DNA of 64,000 nucleotides. Source: Candidatus Rokuibacteriota bacterium (lineage in GTDB: Bacteria > Methylomirabilota > Methylomirabilia > Rokubacteriales > CSP1-6). Positions 56,464 through 64,000 of the stretch are shown here, in pieces. Where the stretch lies: NCBI GenBank assembly GCA_030647435.1, contig JAUSJX010000141.1, positions 52,394-116,393 on the forward strand, given 5' to 3'. The notes under the pieces are model-generated. The model did not search any database and was not told the origin of the DNA. It saw only the letters and a program-made list of their open reading frames with translations. The position numbers and the translations under genes were made by a program. The stretch's first letter is position 1, and each line of letters opens with the position of its first letter.

Positions 56464-57687
56464 GTGGCCGACCCCGCCCAGGGACGCTGGCGGGCGCTCT
56501 TCTTCCTCTCCCTGGCCGAGCTGGGCGCGCTGTCGCTCTGGTTCAGCGCCGCCGCCGTGCTTCCCGCGCTCTCACGCGAATGGCATCTCGGCGACGGCGG
56601 GCGCGCGGGGCTCACCATCGCCGTTCAGGCGGGCTTCATCCTCGGCACGCTGGGCTCGGCTCTCGCCAACCTGCCCGATATCGTCTCGCCCCGCCTGCTC
56701 ATGCTCTGGAGCGCCGTGGCGGGCGCCGCGCTCAACGGCGCGCTCGCACTCTGGATCGAGAGCCTCACGCCTGCACTCGTCCTTCGCTTCGCGACGGGCC
56801 TCTGCATGGCGGGCGCGTATCCGCCGGCCATGAAGATCGTCGCCACATGGTTCCGCGAGGGGCGCGGGCTCGCCATCGGTATCCTCGTGGGCGCGCTCAC
56901 CGTGGGCTCGGCCGCGCCGCATCTGATCCGCGGCCTCACCGACCTGCCCTGGCGCGGAACCTTGCTCGCGGCCTCGGGGCTTTCGCTCGCGGCGGCGGCG
57001 CTCGTCTGGCTCTGCGTCACCGAGGGCCCCGACCGCTTCCCGCCCGCGCGCTTCGATCTGCGCATGGCGGGCGCCGTCTTTCGCGGGCGCGGACCGCGGC
57101 TGGCGTGCTTCGGCTACTTCGGTCACATGTGGGAGCTCTACCCGATGTGGGCCTGGCTCGGCGTCTTCCTGGCGGCGAGCCTCGAGGCCCGCGGCGGCGG
57201 CAGCTACCTGGGACTCAACGCCCCGGCGGCGACCTTCGCCGCCATGGGGCTGGGCGGCGCGCTCGGCGCCTATGCGGGCGGCGCGCTCGCCGACCGCTGG
57301 GGCAGGACCGCGCTCACGATGGCGGCCATGGCGCTCTCGAGCCTCTGCGCGGCAACGATCGGTCTCTCGTTCGGCGGGCCGCCGGTGCTCACGTTCGCTC
57401 TCGCCGTGTTCTGGGGCATCACGGTGATCGCCGACTCGGCCCAGTTCTCGACGGCGGTGACGGAGCTCTCCCCGCCCACCTACGTCGGCACCGCCCTCAC
57501 GGCGCAGACCTGCGTGGGCTTCGCGCTGACCATGGTCTCCATCTGGCTCATCCCGCCGGTGGTGCGCGTGGTCGGGTGGAGCTGGGCCTTCGCCATGCTG
57601 GCCCCGGGGCCGGCCTTGGGCGTGCTCGCCATGGCCCGGCTTCGCGCCTCACCCGAGTCCCTGCGCATGGCAGGCGGCCGCCGCTAG
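56464..57687 (+). CDS. MFS transporter
   Basis: GTG at 56464 within track ORF 56062..57687. About 12 hydrophobic segments. LRFATGLCMAGAYPPAMKIVATWFREGRGLAIGILVG loop motif. The TAG stop is the first 3 nt of repeat copy D. Confidence 0.8.
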   Translation: MADPAQGRWRALFFLSLAELGALSLWFSAAAVLPALSREWHLGDGGRAGLTIAVQAGFILGTLGSALANLPDIVSPRLLMLWSAVAGAALNGALALWIESLTPALVLRFATGLCMAGAYPPAMKIVATWFREGRGLAIGILVGALTVGSAAPHLIRGLTDLPWRGTLLAASGLSLAAAALVWLCVTEGPDRFPPARFDLRMAGAVFRGRGPRLACFGYFGHMWELYPMWAWLGVFLAASLEARGGGSYLGLNAPAATFAAMGLGGALGAYAGGALADRWGRTALTMAAMALSSLCAATIGLSFGGPPVLTFALAVFWGITVIADSAQFSTAVTELSPPTYVGTALTAQTCVGFALTMVSIWLIPPVVRVVGWSWAFAMLAPGPALGVLAMARLRASPESLRMAGGRR

Positions 57688-57872
57688 CAGGCCGGCGAGA
57701 AGGGTCCAGATGCGAGGCGGGGCCCGACGGCGGCACGCGAGGCGTACGACCGTCTCAGCCCTCGCCTCGGGGCTCCGCCCCTCAGCTCGAACGGCCACGA
57801 GCGTGCGGCCGAGGGCGCCCCAACAGTCTTCTTGCTAAATGGCGCAGATGGGCCCTTATCGCAGGTCTGCGG
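57685..57872. repeat. Palindromic MITE/REP-like element, copy D (long form, right terminus degenerate)
   Basis: TAGCAGGCCGGCGAGAAGGGTCCAGATGCGAGGCGGGGCCCGACGG...CTCAGCCCTCGCCTCGGGGCT...CCCCAACAGTCTTCTTGCTAAATGGCGCAGATGGGCCCTTATCGCAGGTCTGC. Confidence 0.8.
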
Positions 57873-58192
57873 CCCTCGGGCTTGCCGAGTCGCGCGGCAC
57901 GCGCTGGCATCAACGAGGATGCTCACAACGCCGCTGCCGAGCGATCTCCTCGTCCCCATCTTCCGCGACGCGCGCGACATGCTCCTGCTCACGGGAGCGG
58001 GGGCTGCGCGGCCTCCTCGAGCGCGTATCTCGGCATCCTCGACTACCTGCGCGAAATCACGCGCCACTCCCGGCTCATCGCCCGCCGCATCGCCCCGCGC
58101 CCCGCTCCGGGCGAGGGGCCTTCCCCCCGCATCTAGCCTGTCGGCGGAACCTTTCGGTCCGCTCCGCGCTTCTAATGGGCGTGGAGGTCTCC

Positions 58193-58579
58193 ATGGTCAG
58201 ATCACGGATGACGATCGGCGCGGCGCTTCTGGCCTGCGTCCTGTCACTGGGCGCGGGCTCAGCGCATGCGGAGAGGAGCACCATCTCGGGCAACGCGGGC
58301 ACGATCACTCTCGACTGGCAGGCAATCCAGGACAAGGCCGGCCGCCCCCTCATCGTCGGCCACATGATCACCTACGGAGCCAAGTCCGGCTGCTGCATCC
58401 CCCGCCTCCTCGTGGAGACTCTCGACGCAGAGGGCCGGGTCGTCGCCCAGAACACGGGCTTCATTCCCGGCTACGTGGGCGGCTACGACAATGTCTACTT
58501 CGAGGAACCCATCCGGGCGCCGGGTGCGGGTTACCGCGTCAGCATCCCTTCCTGGAACAATTGTGCCGGCGGCCAGTAG
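58193..58579 (+). CDS. Small secreted hypothetical protein
   Basis: ATG at 58193, 5 nt after GGAGG. Signal peptide MVRSRMTIGAALLACVLSLGAGSAHA. No recognisable domain. Confidence 0.55.
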   Translation: MVRSRMTIGAALLACVLSLGAGSAHAERSTISGNAGTITLDWQAIQDKAGRPLIVGHMITYGAKSGCCIPRLLVETLDAEGRVVAQNTGFIPGYVGGYDNVYFEEPIRAPGAGYRVSIPSWNNCAGGQ

Positions 58580-58678
58580 TGGGGTCAGGTCTTGCATTCC
58601 GACATCACAGACCGGGTGCGGTGAATCAGTGTGGCAAGACTCGCGCGGAAATGTCGGAATGCAAGACCTGACCCCACT
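58578..58678. repeat. Perfect 28-bp inverted repeat with a 45-nt spacer between convergent genes
   Basis: AGTGGGGTCAGGTCTTGCATTCCGACAT (58578-58605) is the exact reverse complement of 58651-58678. The stop codons of both flanking genes touch the arms. Confidence 0.9.
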
Positions 58679-60279
58679 CAGGCGATCTTGTCGTAGACCC
58701 CGGGGGGGATGATGCGGTAGACGTTCAGCGGCTGCGAAACGTTCTTGAAGCTCTTCTCGCCGAGGTTCTCGAGCACGAAGACGCCCCGGACGCGCTCGGC
58801 GGTCATGGGGCCGACGACGATCTCATCGCCCTGCGCCGAGCCCGCGAAGCGCGCGGCCAGGTTGGTGGTGGGCCCCGTGGCGGTGAAGGTCCAGCGCTGG
58901 GCGCCCGCGCCGCCGATCTTCGTGGCGCCCACCCAGGCCTCGCCCGTGTTGATGCCCATGTGCAGGGCCACGGACGGAAAGACGCCGGCGTGCTCTTCGT
59001 TCAGCTCCACGGTGCGCTGGCGGATCGCGAGGGCCGCGCGCGCGGCGTTGAGCGCGTGGTCCACGGGGCCGCGGCCGGGCTCGCGGCTCTTGGACTGGAA
59101 GATCACCATGAGCCCGTCGCCCGCGGTCTCGTTCACGTCGCCCTGGTGCTTGCGGATGATCTCGAGGAATGCCGAGAAGTACGTCTGCACGAGCTGGTTC
59201 AGCCGCTTGGCTTCGACCTGCTCGGAGAGACGCGTGTAGCCCGCGATGTCGAGGAAGAGGACGGAGACCTCCTCCTGGTGCTTCTCCAGCTGGGTCGCCG
59301 ACGGGTCGCGCTCGAGCAGCTCCTTGACGGCGTCGGGCACGAACTTGGACAACTCGCCCTTGAGCTGCTCGAGCACTTCGAGCCGCTGGCGCGAGGCCTG
59401 GAGCTCGTCGAGCGTGGTCGCGAGCTCGCGGTTGCGGGTTTCGAGGCTCTGCTGGGCCGTAGACAGACGCTCGGTCATGGCGTTGAAGGCCGAGCCCAGC
59501 CCCGCCAGCTCGTCGCCCGACGTCGTGCGGGCGCGCGCGGCGAAGTCGCCCTCGCCGATCTTGTGGGCCACCTGCGCCAGCTCCTGGATGGGCCGCACCA
59601 CCACGCGCCTCATGACCAGCGCGAGGACGCCGGCGGCAGCGAAGATGGTCAGGAACGCCACCAGCATCTGCCGGTTGCGCTGCTCGCGCACGGCCACCAA
59701 CACGGGCTCCATGGACGTGGCCACGCGCACGACGGCGCGGACCTTGTGGTCGGTGCCGTGGCAGCCCTGGCAGCGCTCCTGGTTGGCGACGGGCTGGTGT
59801 AGCGTGAAGAGCATCTGCCCGTTGACGCTGTCGATGGACTCCTGGGTCTTGAGCGTGTCGACGGCCCGCTGGAAGAGCGGCCCGGTCATCGGCGGCCCCG
59901 CCGGCCGCGCCATCTTCTCGATGCTCGCCATGACGCCCTTCGGCAGGTCGGCCTCCTTCGCGACCTGCCGGAGCGTGGCCGTGTCGGTGAAGGCCTCGAC
60001 GCCGTTGCGCCGGTAAACGGTCAGCCCCTCGACAGGCGTGTTCTTCTGCATCTCCATGATCTGCATGCGGGCGATGTCGGGCCGCTCCTGGAGCATGGCG
60101 GCCTCGATGTTGGCGGTGAGCGCGGCCGTGAGGCGGCGCGCCGCCACCTTGCTCTGCTCGACGAGGAGGTCGGCCTCGCGCTGGATGGAGAGGATCGTGG
60201 AGATGCCGAAACCCACGATCAGCACCACGACGATGAGGACCGTGATCTTGACGGTGAGCGGCGCGGGGGGCAGCTTCAC
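58678..60279 (-). CDS. Class III adenylate/guanylate cyclase with HAMP domain and an extracytoplasmic sensor domain carrying a CxxCH motif
   Basis: 533 aa, GTG start at 60279. TM1 ITVLIVVVLIVGFGISTILSI. ERCQGCHG in the extracytoplasmic part. TM2 MLVAFLTIFAAAGVLALVM. HAMP PIQELAQVAHKIGEGDF...ELAGLGSAFNAM. Cyclase motifs VLFLDIAGYTRLSE and ETAGDGLMVIF. Confidence 0.85.
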   Translation of the reverse strand: MKLPPAPLTVKITVLIVVVLIVGFGISTILSIQREADLLVEQSKVAARRLTAALTANIEAAMLQERPDIARMQIMEMQKNTPVEGLTVYRRNGVEAFTDTATLRQVAKEADLPKGVMASIEKMARPAGPPMTGPLFQRAVDTLKTQESIDSVNGQMLFTLHQPVANQERCQGCHGTDHKVRAVVRVATSMEPVLVAVREQRNRQMLVAFLTIFAAAGVLALVMRRVVVRPIQELAQVAHKIGEGDFAARARTTSGDELAGLGSAFNAMTERLSTAQQSLETRNRELATTLDELQASRQRLEVLEQLKGELSKFVPDAVKELLERDPSATQLEKHQEEVSVLFLDIAGYTRLSEQVEAKRLNQLVQTYFSAFLEIIRKHQGDVNETAGDGLMVIFQSKSREPGRGPVDHALNAARAALAIRQRTVELNEEHAGVFPSVALHMGINTGEAWVGATKIGGAGAQRWTFTATGPTTNLAARFAGSAQGDEIVVGPMTAERVRGVFVLENLGEKSFKNVSQPLNVYRIIPPGVYDKIA

Positions 60280-60340
60280 GGGCTAGAGCCTACCGCGGCC
60301 GTGCCCGACGTGCAATCGAAGACCGCGCAATCGGGCGCGC

Positions 60341-61870
60341 TCACACGCGGGTTGCCCGGCCGGCCCAGTAGGGCTCGCGGAGCACGCGCTTGAGAAGCTT
60401 GCCCGCGGCATCCCGCGGGAAGTCGTTGTGGAAGGTCACCTCGCGCGGGACCTTGTAGCCGGCCAGGTGCCGGCGCGCGAACGTGATCACGTCCTCGGCG
60501 GTGAAGCGCGCGGCCGGGCGGGGCTGGACGGCTGCGTGGACGCGCTCGCCCCACTCGTCGTCGGGGACGCCGAAGACGGCCACGTCCTGGATGTCCGGGT
60601 GGCGGTGGAGCGCGTCCTCGATCTCGGCGGGGTAGATGTTGACACCGGCCGAGATGATCATGTCGCGCTTGCGGTCGCAGATGTAGTAGAAGCCGTCGGC
60701 GTCCATGTACGCGACGTCGCCCACCGAGTACCAGTCCCCGCGGCGCAGCCGGGCGGTCGCGTCGGGATCCTTGTAGTACTCGTCGAGAATGCCGGAGAAC
60801 TGCTTGACGTAGAGCTCGCCGGGCTCGCCCACGGGCACGGGCCTGCCGTCGTCGTCGAGTAGGGCGATCTCCTTGCCCGGCGCGGCGCGGCCGCAGGAGC
60901 CGGGCTTTCGCAGCACGTCTTCCGGCTGGAGGACCGTGTTCACCCCGAGCTCGCTCGAGCCGTAGAACTCGTAGAGCGCGGGACCGAAGCACTCGACCAC
61001 GGCCTCCTTGACGCTCATCGGACAGGGCGCCGCCGCCATGATGATGGCCCTCATGGAGGATACGTCGTAGCGGGCCCGGACGGATGCGGGCAGGTCCACG
61101 ATGCGCTTGAGCAGGGTCGGGGCCATGAAGGTGCTGGTGCAGTGGTGGCGCTGGATCTCCTCGAGCGCCCGCTCGGGGTCGAACTTGGGCATGATCACGA
61201 CCGTGGCGCCGACGATGTGCGCGTAGAGCGCCAGGCCGCCGGGCGCCGAGTGGTACATGGGGCCCGCGACCAGGTGGACGTGGTTCGGGTCGAGGAGGTC
61301 CATCGCGCCCAGCGTCTCCATCAGCCCCTGCGGGTCGATGCCGCGGCGGAGCGCGCCCTTCGGCTTCCCCGTAGTCCCGCCCGTGTAGATGATGGAGGCG
61401 CCAAAGGCCGCGCCTGACGGCAGCTCGACGGGCTCGGGGCTCCCCTGCGCCAAGAGATCGTCGAGGTGCACGGCCCAGTCGCACCGCTCCGCGCCCATGA
61501 GGATCCAGTGCCTGACCTTCCGGGCACCGGCGCGGACGGCCTCGCAGATTGGCAGGAACTGGTCGCTCGCGAAGACGGCCGCCGCGTCCGAGTGATCGAG
61601 GATGTAGGCGACCTCCTCCGCCACGAGGCGGTGGTTCATCGGGACCGGGATCAGGCCGGCCGCCCGCGCGCCTGTGCCGGCGAGATAGTGCTCGAGCGAG
61701 TTGGCGGCGTAGACGATGACGGTGGCGCCCGGCTCGAGCCCGAGCCCCAGGAGCGCGTGGCCCAGGCGGTTCCGGCGCGCAACGAGCTCGGCCCACGACC
61801 ACACCCGGTCGCCCTCGATGAGCGCGGCCTTGTCGGGGTGGCGGGCGGCATGGGCGGCCAGGATGTCCAT
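60341..61870 (-). CDS. AMP-dependent acyl-CoA synthetase/ligase
   Basis: 509 aa. IIYTGGTTGKPKGA, YGSSELG, GELYVK, GDVAYMDADGFYYICDRKRDMI. Confidence 0.9.
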   Translation of the reverse strand: MDILAAHAARHPDKAALIEGDRVWSWAELVARRNRLGHALLGLGLEPGATVIVYAANSLEHYLAGTGARAAGLIPVPMNHRLVAEEVAYILDHSDAAAVFASDQFLPICEAVRAGARKVRHWILMGAERCDWAVHLDDLLAQGSPEPVELPSGAAFGASIIYTGGTTGKPKGALRRGIDPQGLMETLGAMDLLDPNHVHLVAGPMYHSAPGGLALYAHIVGATVVIMPKFDPERALEEIQRHHCTSTFMAPTLLKRIVDLPASVRARYDVSSMRAIIMAAAPCPMSVKEAVVECFGPALYEFYGSSELGVNTVLQPEDVLRKPGSCGRAAPGKEIALLDDDGRPVPVGEPGELYVKQFSGILDEYYKDPDATARLRRGDWYSVGDVAYMDADGFYYICDRKRDMIISAGVNIYPAEIEDALHRHPDIQDVAVFGVPDDEWGERVHAAVQPRPAARFTAEDVITFARRHLAGYKVPREVTFHNDFPRDAAGKLLKRVLREPYWAGRATRV

Positions 61871-61893
61871 GTCAGCCGCCTACGCCGGAGCCA

Positions 61894-62592
61894 TCAGCCG
61901 CCTACACCAAGATACGTCGTCGTGATCTTGTGGTCTGCGCGGAGCGCGTCCGGTGTGCCTTCGAACACGATGGTCCCGTGGTCGATGACGTAGACGCGGT
62001 CCGCCAGCCCGAGCGCCATCTCGGCGTTCTGCTCGACCAGCAGCATGCTGACGCGCTCGCGCTTGAGCTCGCGAACGGTCCCCATGACCGTCTCGACCAC
62101 GAGCGGCGCCAGCCCCTGGGACGGCTCGTCCAGGAGGAGCAGCTCCGGCCCGGTCAGCAGGGAGCGGGCGATGGCCAGCATCTGCTGCTCCCCGCCCGAG
62201 AGCAAGCGACCCTTGCGGTCCAGCAGCTCGCGGAGCTTCGGAAAGCGCTCGAGCACGCTCTCCATCGGCCAGCGCGAGCCCGGCCGGCGCGCGATCTCGA
62301 GATTCTCTCGCGCCGTGAGATAGGAGAAGATGCCTCGGGTCTCGGGCACCAGCGCGATCCCGAGGCGGGAGATCCGGTGGGCGGGGAGACCGGCGATGTT
62401 GACGCCCTTGTAGGTGATCTCGCCGCTCCGGGGCGGCGTGAGCCCGGTGATGGAGCGAAGCGTCGTGGTCTTGCCCGCGCCGTTGCGCCCCAGGAGCGCC
62501 ACGACCTCGCCCTCGCCCACGCGCAGCGAGAGGCCGTGCAGGATGTGGCCGAGCCCGTAGTAGGTGTCGATGCCCCGGATGTCGAGGATCAT
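61894..62592 (-). CDS. livF: ABC ATP-binding protein (LivF-like)
   Basis: ATG at 62592 (MILDIRGIDTYYGLGHILHGLSL). GRNGAGKTTT, LSGGEQQML. Confidence 0.9.
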   Translation of the reverse strand: MILDIRGIDTYYGLGHILHGLSLRVGEGEVVALLGRNGAGKTTTLRSITGLTPPRSGEITYKGVNIAGLPAHRISRLGIALVPETRGIFSYLTARENLEIARRPGSRWPMESVLERFPKLRELLDRKGRLLSGGEQQMLAIARSLLTGPELLLLDEPSQGLAPLVVETVMGTVRELKRERVSMLLVEQNAEMALGLADRVYVIDHGTIVFEGTPDALRADHKITTTYLGVGG

Positions 62593-62605
62593 GGGACGTC
62601 CAGGA

Positions 62606-63358
62606 TCATGACGCGGGGACGCCCCCCAGGTAGGCGCGGCGGACTTCCGCATTCCGCTGGATCTCCGCCGGGGTGCCTTCCGCGATCACGCTGCCGAAAT
62701 GCATGACCGAGATCCGGTCGGACATGGTCATGACGACGTCGATCTTGTGCTCGATGAGCAGGATGGTGTAGCGCCCTTTGAGCTTGCGCACGAGCGTGAC
62801 CATCTTCTGCGTCTCGTCCGGCGACAGCCCCGCCGCGGGCTCGTCCAGCAGCAGGAGACGAGGGGCCGCCGCCAGCGCGATGGCCAGCTCGAGCTGCCGC
62901 TGCTCGCCGTGAGAGATCTCGCGGGCCGGCAGACCCGCCTTCTCGCCAAGCCCAACCTCCCCCAGCACCTCGAGCGCCCGCCGGGTCAGCTCCGGGTAAC
63001 GGTCGGCCCGGCGCCACGCCAGTCCCCGCCAGGATTCCTGCCGGGCAAAGGCCGCGAGCCAGACATTGTCCAGGATGGAGAGCGTGGGGAAGATGCTCGT
63101 GCGCTGGAACGATCGCGCGATGCCGAGATGGGCGATGCCGTGCGGCGGCGTTCCGGCGATGTCGCGGCCGTCGAAGATGATCCGGCCCGACGTCGGCGCC
63201 TGCTGTCCCGTCAGCAGGTTGAAGAACGTGGTCTTGCCGGCGCCGTTGGGCCCGATGACCGAGTGCAGCGAGCCCTCCTCGACCTCGAGCGTGACCGCGT
63301 TGACGGCGGTCAGCGCCCCGAAGGACTTCGTCAGGAGCTCGGTCCTAACGAGGGGCAT
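62606..63358 (-). CDS. livG: ABC ATP-binding protein (LivG-like)
   Basis: ATG at 63358 (MPLVRTELLTKSFGALTAVN). GPNGAGKTTFFN, ISHGEQRQLELA, LLLDEPAAGL. Confidence 0.9.
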   Translation of the reverse strand: MPLVRTELLTKSFGALTAVNAVTLEVEEGSLHSVIGPNGAGKTTFFNLLTGQQAPTSGRIIFDGRDIAGTPPHGIAHLGIARSFQRTSIFPTLSILDNVWLAAFARQESWRGLAWRRADRYPELTRRALEVLGEVGLGEKAGLPAREISHGEQRQLELAIALAAAPRLLLLDEPAAGLSPDETQKMVTLVRKLKGRYTILLIEHKIDVVMTMSDRISVMHFGSVIAEGTPAEIQRNAEVRRAYLGGVPAS

Positions 63359-64000
63359 CGGCCCGCGCGGCGGCGGGCGCACGATGCGCCGCGCGCCACG
63401 CCCAGAAGCGCGCCCACGCCTCGACGACCCCGCCCCGGAAGAACAGCACCACGACCACGAACGCGACGCCGAGCAGGAGCGGCCAGCGCGCCCACATGGA
63501 GCTGACCGACTCCGATAGCCAGATGAACACGAACGAGCCGATCACGGGCCCGTAGAGGGAGCCCGAGCCGCCGATGAGCGTGGCGAAGACGACATTGCCG
63601 GAGAACACGAAGCCGATGGACTCCAGCGGCACGATCCCGAAGAGCATGGCGTAGAGCACCCCGGCCAGCCCCGAGAAGGCGCCGCCCACCACGAAGGCGG
63701 CAAGCTTCATGCGGGGGGCGTTGTAGCCCAGGGCTTCCGCCCGCAGCTCGTTCTCGCGGATGGCCTGCAGGATCTTGCCGAGCGGCGACTCGACGATGCG
63801 CTTCATGACCCAGAGCGAGAGGAGGAAGAGCAGGGCAACGGCCGCGTAGTAGGCGAGCGGCGGGTGGATGTCGAGGCCGAGAACGCTCGGGCGCGGGATG
63901 CCGGGCATGCCGTCCTCGCCCCCGGTCACGGTCGTCCACTGGTAGGCCGTGAAGTAGAACATCTGGTTCAGCGCGAAGGTCAGCATGATGAAGTAGAGGC
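63345..64000 (-). CDS. livM: ABC permease (LivM-like); 5' end beyond the right edge
   Basis: The C-terminal 213 aa are visible: GEDGMPGIPRP, LGKILQAIRENELRAEALGYN, LAAFVVGGAFSGLAGVLYA. The frame is still open at 64000. Confidence 0.8.
   Translation of the reverse strand, partial: LYFIMLTFALNQMFYFTAYQWTTVTGGEDGMPGIPRPSVLGLDIHPPLAYYAAVALLFLLSLWVMKRIVESPLGKILQAIRENELRAEALGYNAPRMKLAAFVVGGAFSGLAGVLYAMLFGIVPLESIGFVFSGNVVFATLIGGSGSLYGPVIGSFVFIWLSESVSSMWARWPLLLGVAFVVVVLFFRGGVVEAWARFWAWRAAHRAPAAARADAPR

Noticed and set aside
57873-58192. A possible decayed gene. Frames read ...LVPIFRDARDMLLLTG... and ...AYLGILDYLREITRHSRLIARRIA..., vaguely PhoU-like or transporter-tail-like.
   Set aside because: The fragments lie in different frames, have no start or RBS, and the resemblance is weak. 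It cannot be supported without a database search.
58578-58678. A Tn3-family-derived miniature element, because the arms start with GGGG.
   Set aside because: The match stops at 28 bp rather than about 38 bp. There is no TAAG-type inner end and no 5-bp direct repeat flanking the arms.

Overview
High-G+C, densely coding bacterial chromosomal segment (hand counts give about 70% G+C in typical lines). Two islets have visibly lower G+C, about 52% in sampled lines: about 13310-14510 and about 15700-17140. Most of the window is transport and metabolism. It holds four paralogous Liv/HAAT-type ABC uptake loci: 22431-27499, 33580-37976, 42659-47320 and 61894 to beyond 64000. It also holds SDRs, cyclase-family hydrolases, an fbaB-fbp pair, ettA and rnd. 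Five things seem worth a second look. (1) An 11-gene, almost fully start/stop-overlapping minus-strand operon (from before 1 to 11858). It combines two active ketosynthases, two catalytically dead KS-like partners, an ACP, a ketoreductase-type SDR, a GtrB/ArnC-like GT2 fused to a flavin-dependent halogenase (WxWxIP motif), an ArnT-like GT-C transferase, a lipoprotein and a MacB/Lol-type ABC exporter. I read it as an uncharacterised halogenated and glycosylated polyketide or lipid locus. (2) An ECF sigma factor translationally coupled to a cytoplasmic ZAS-type anti-sigma domain fused to an O6-alkylguanine methyltransferase and an Ada-type zinc domain (49497-50992). (3) A four-copy family of palindromic MITE/REP-like elements in two size classes, whose termini coincide with the TAG stop codons of five flanking genes. 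(4) A low-G+C islet with a stand-alone PatA/PatG C-terminal-DUF-like protein plus a Shine-Dalgarno-preceded short ORF whose 3' end is element-encoded. (5) A tRNA-like 3' end (T-arm, ACCA and intrinsic terminator) with no recognisable 5' half, next to a 5'-truncated tyrosine integrase. I saw no rRNA, CRISPR array, cas gene or reverse transcriptase. All calls rest on reading the translations and the DNA by eye; no database search was possible.
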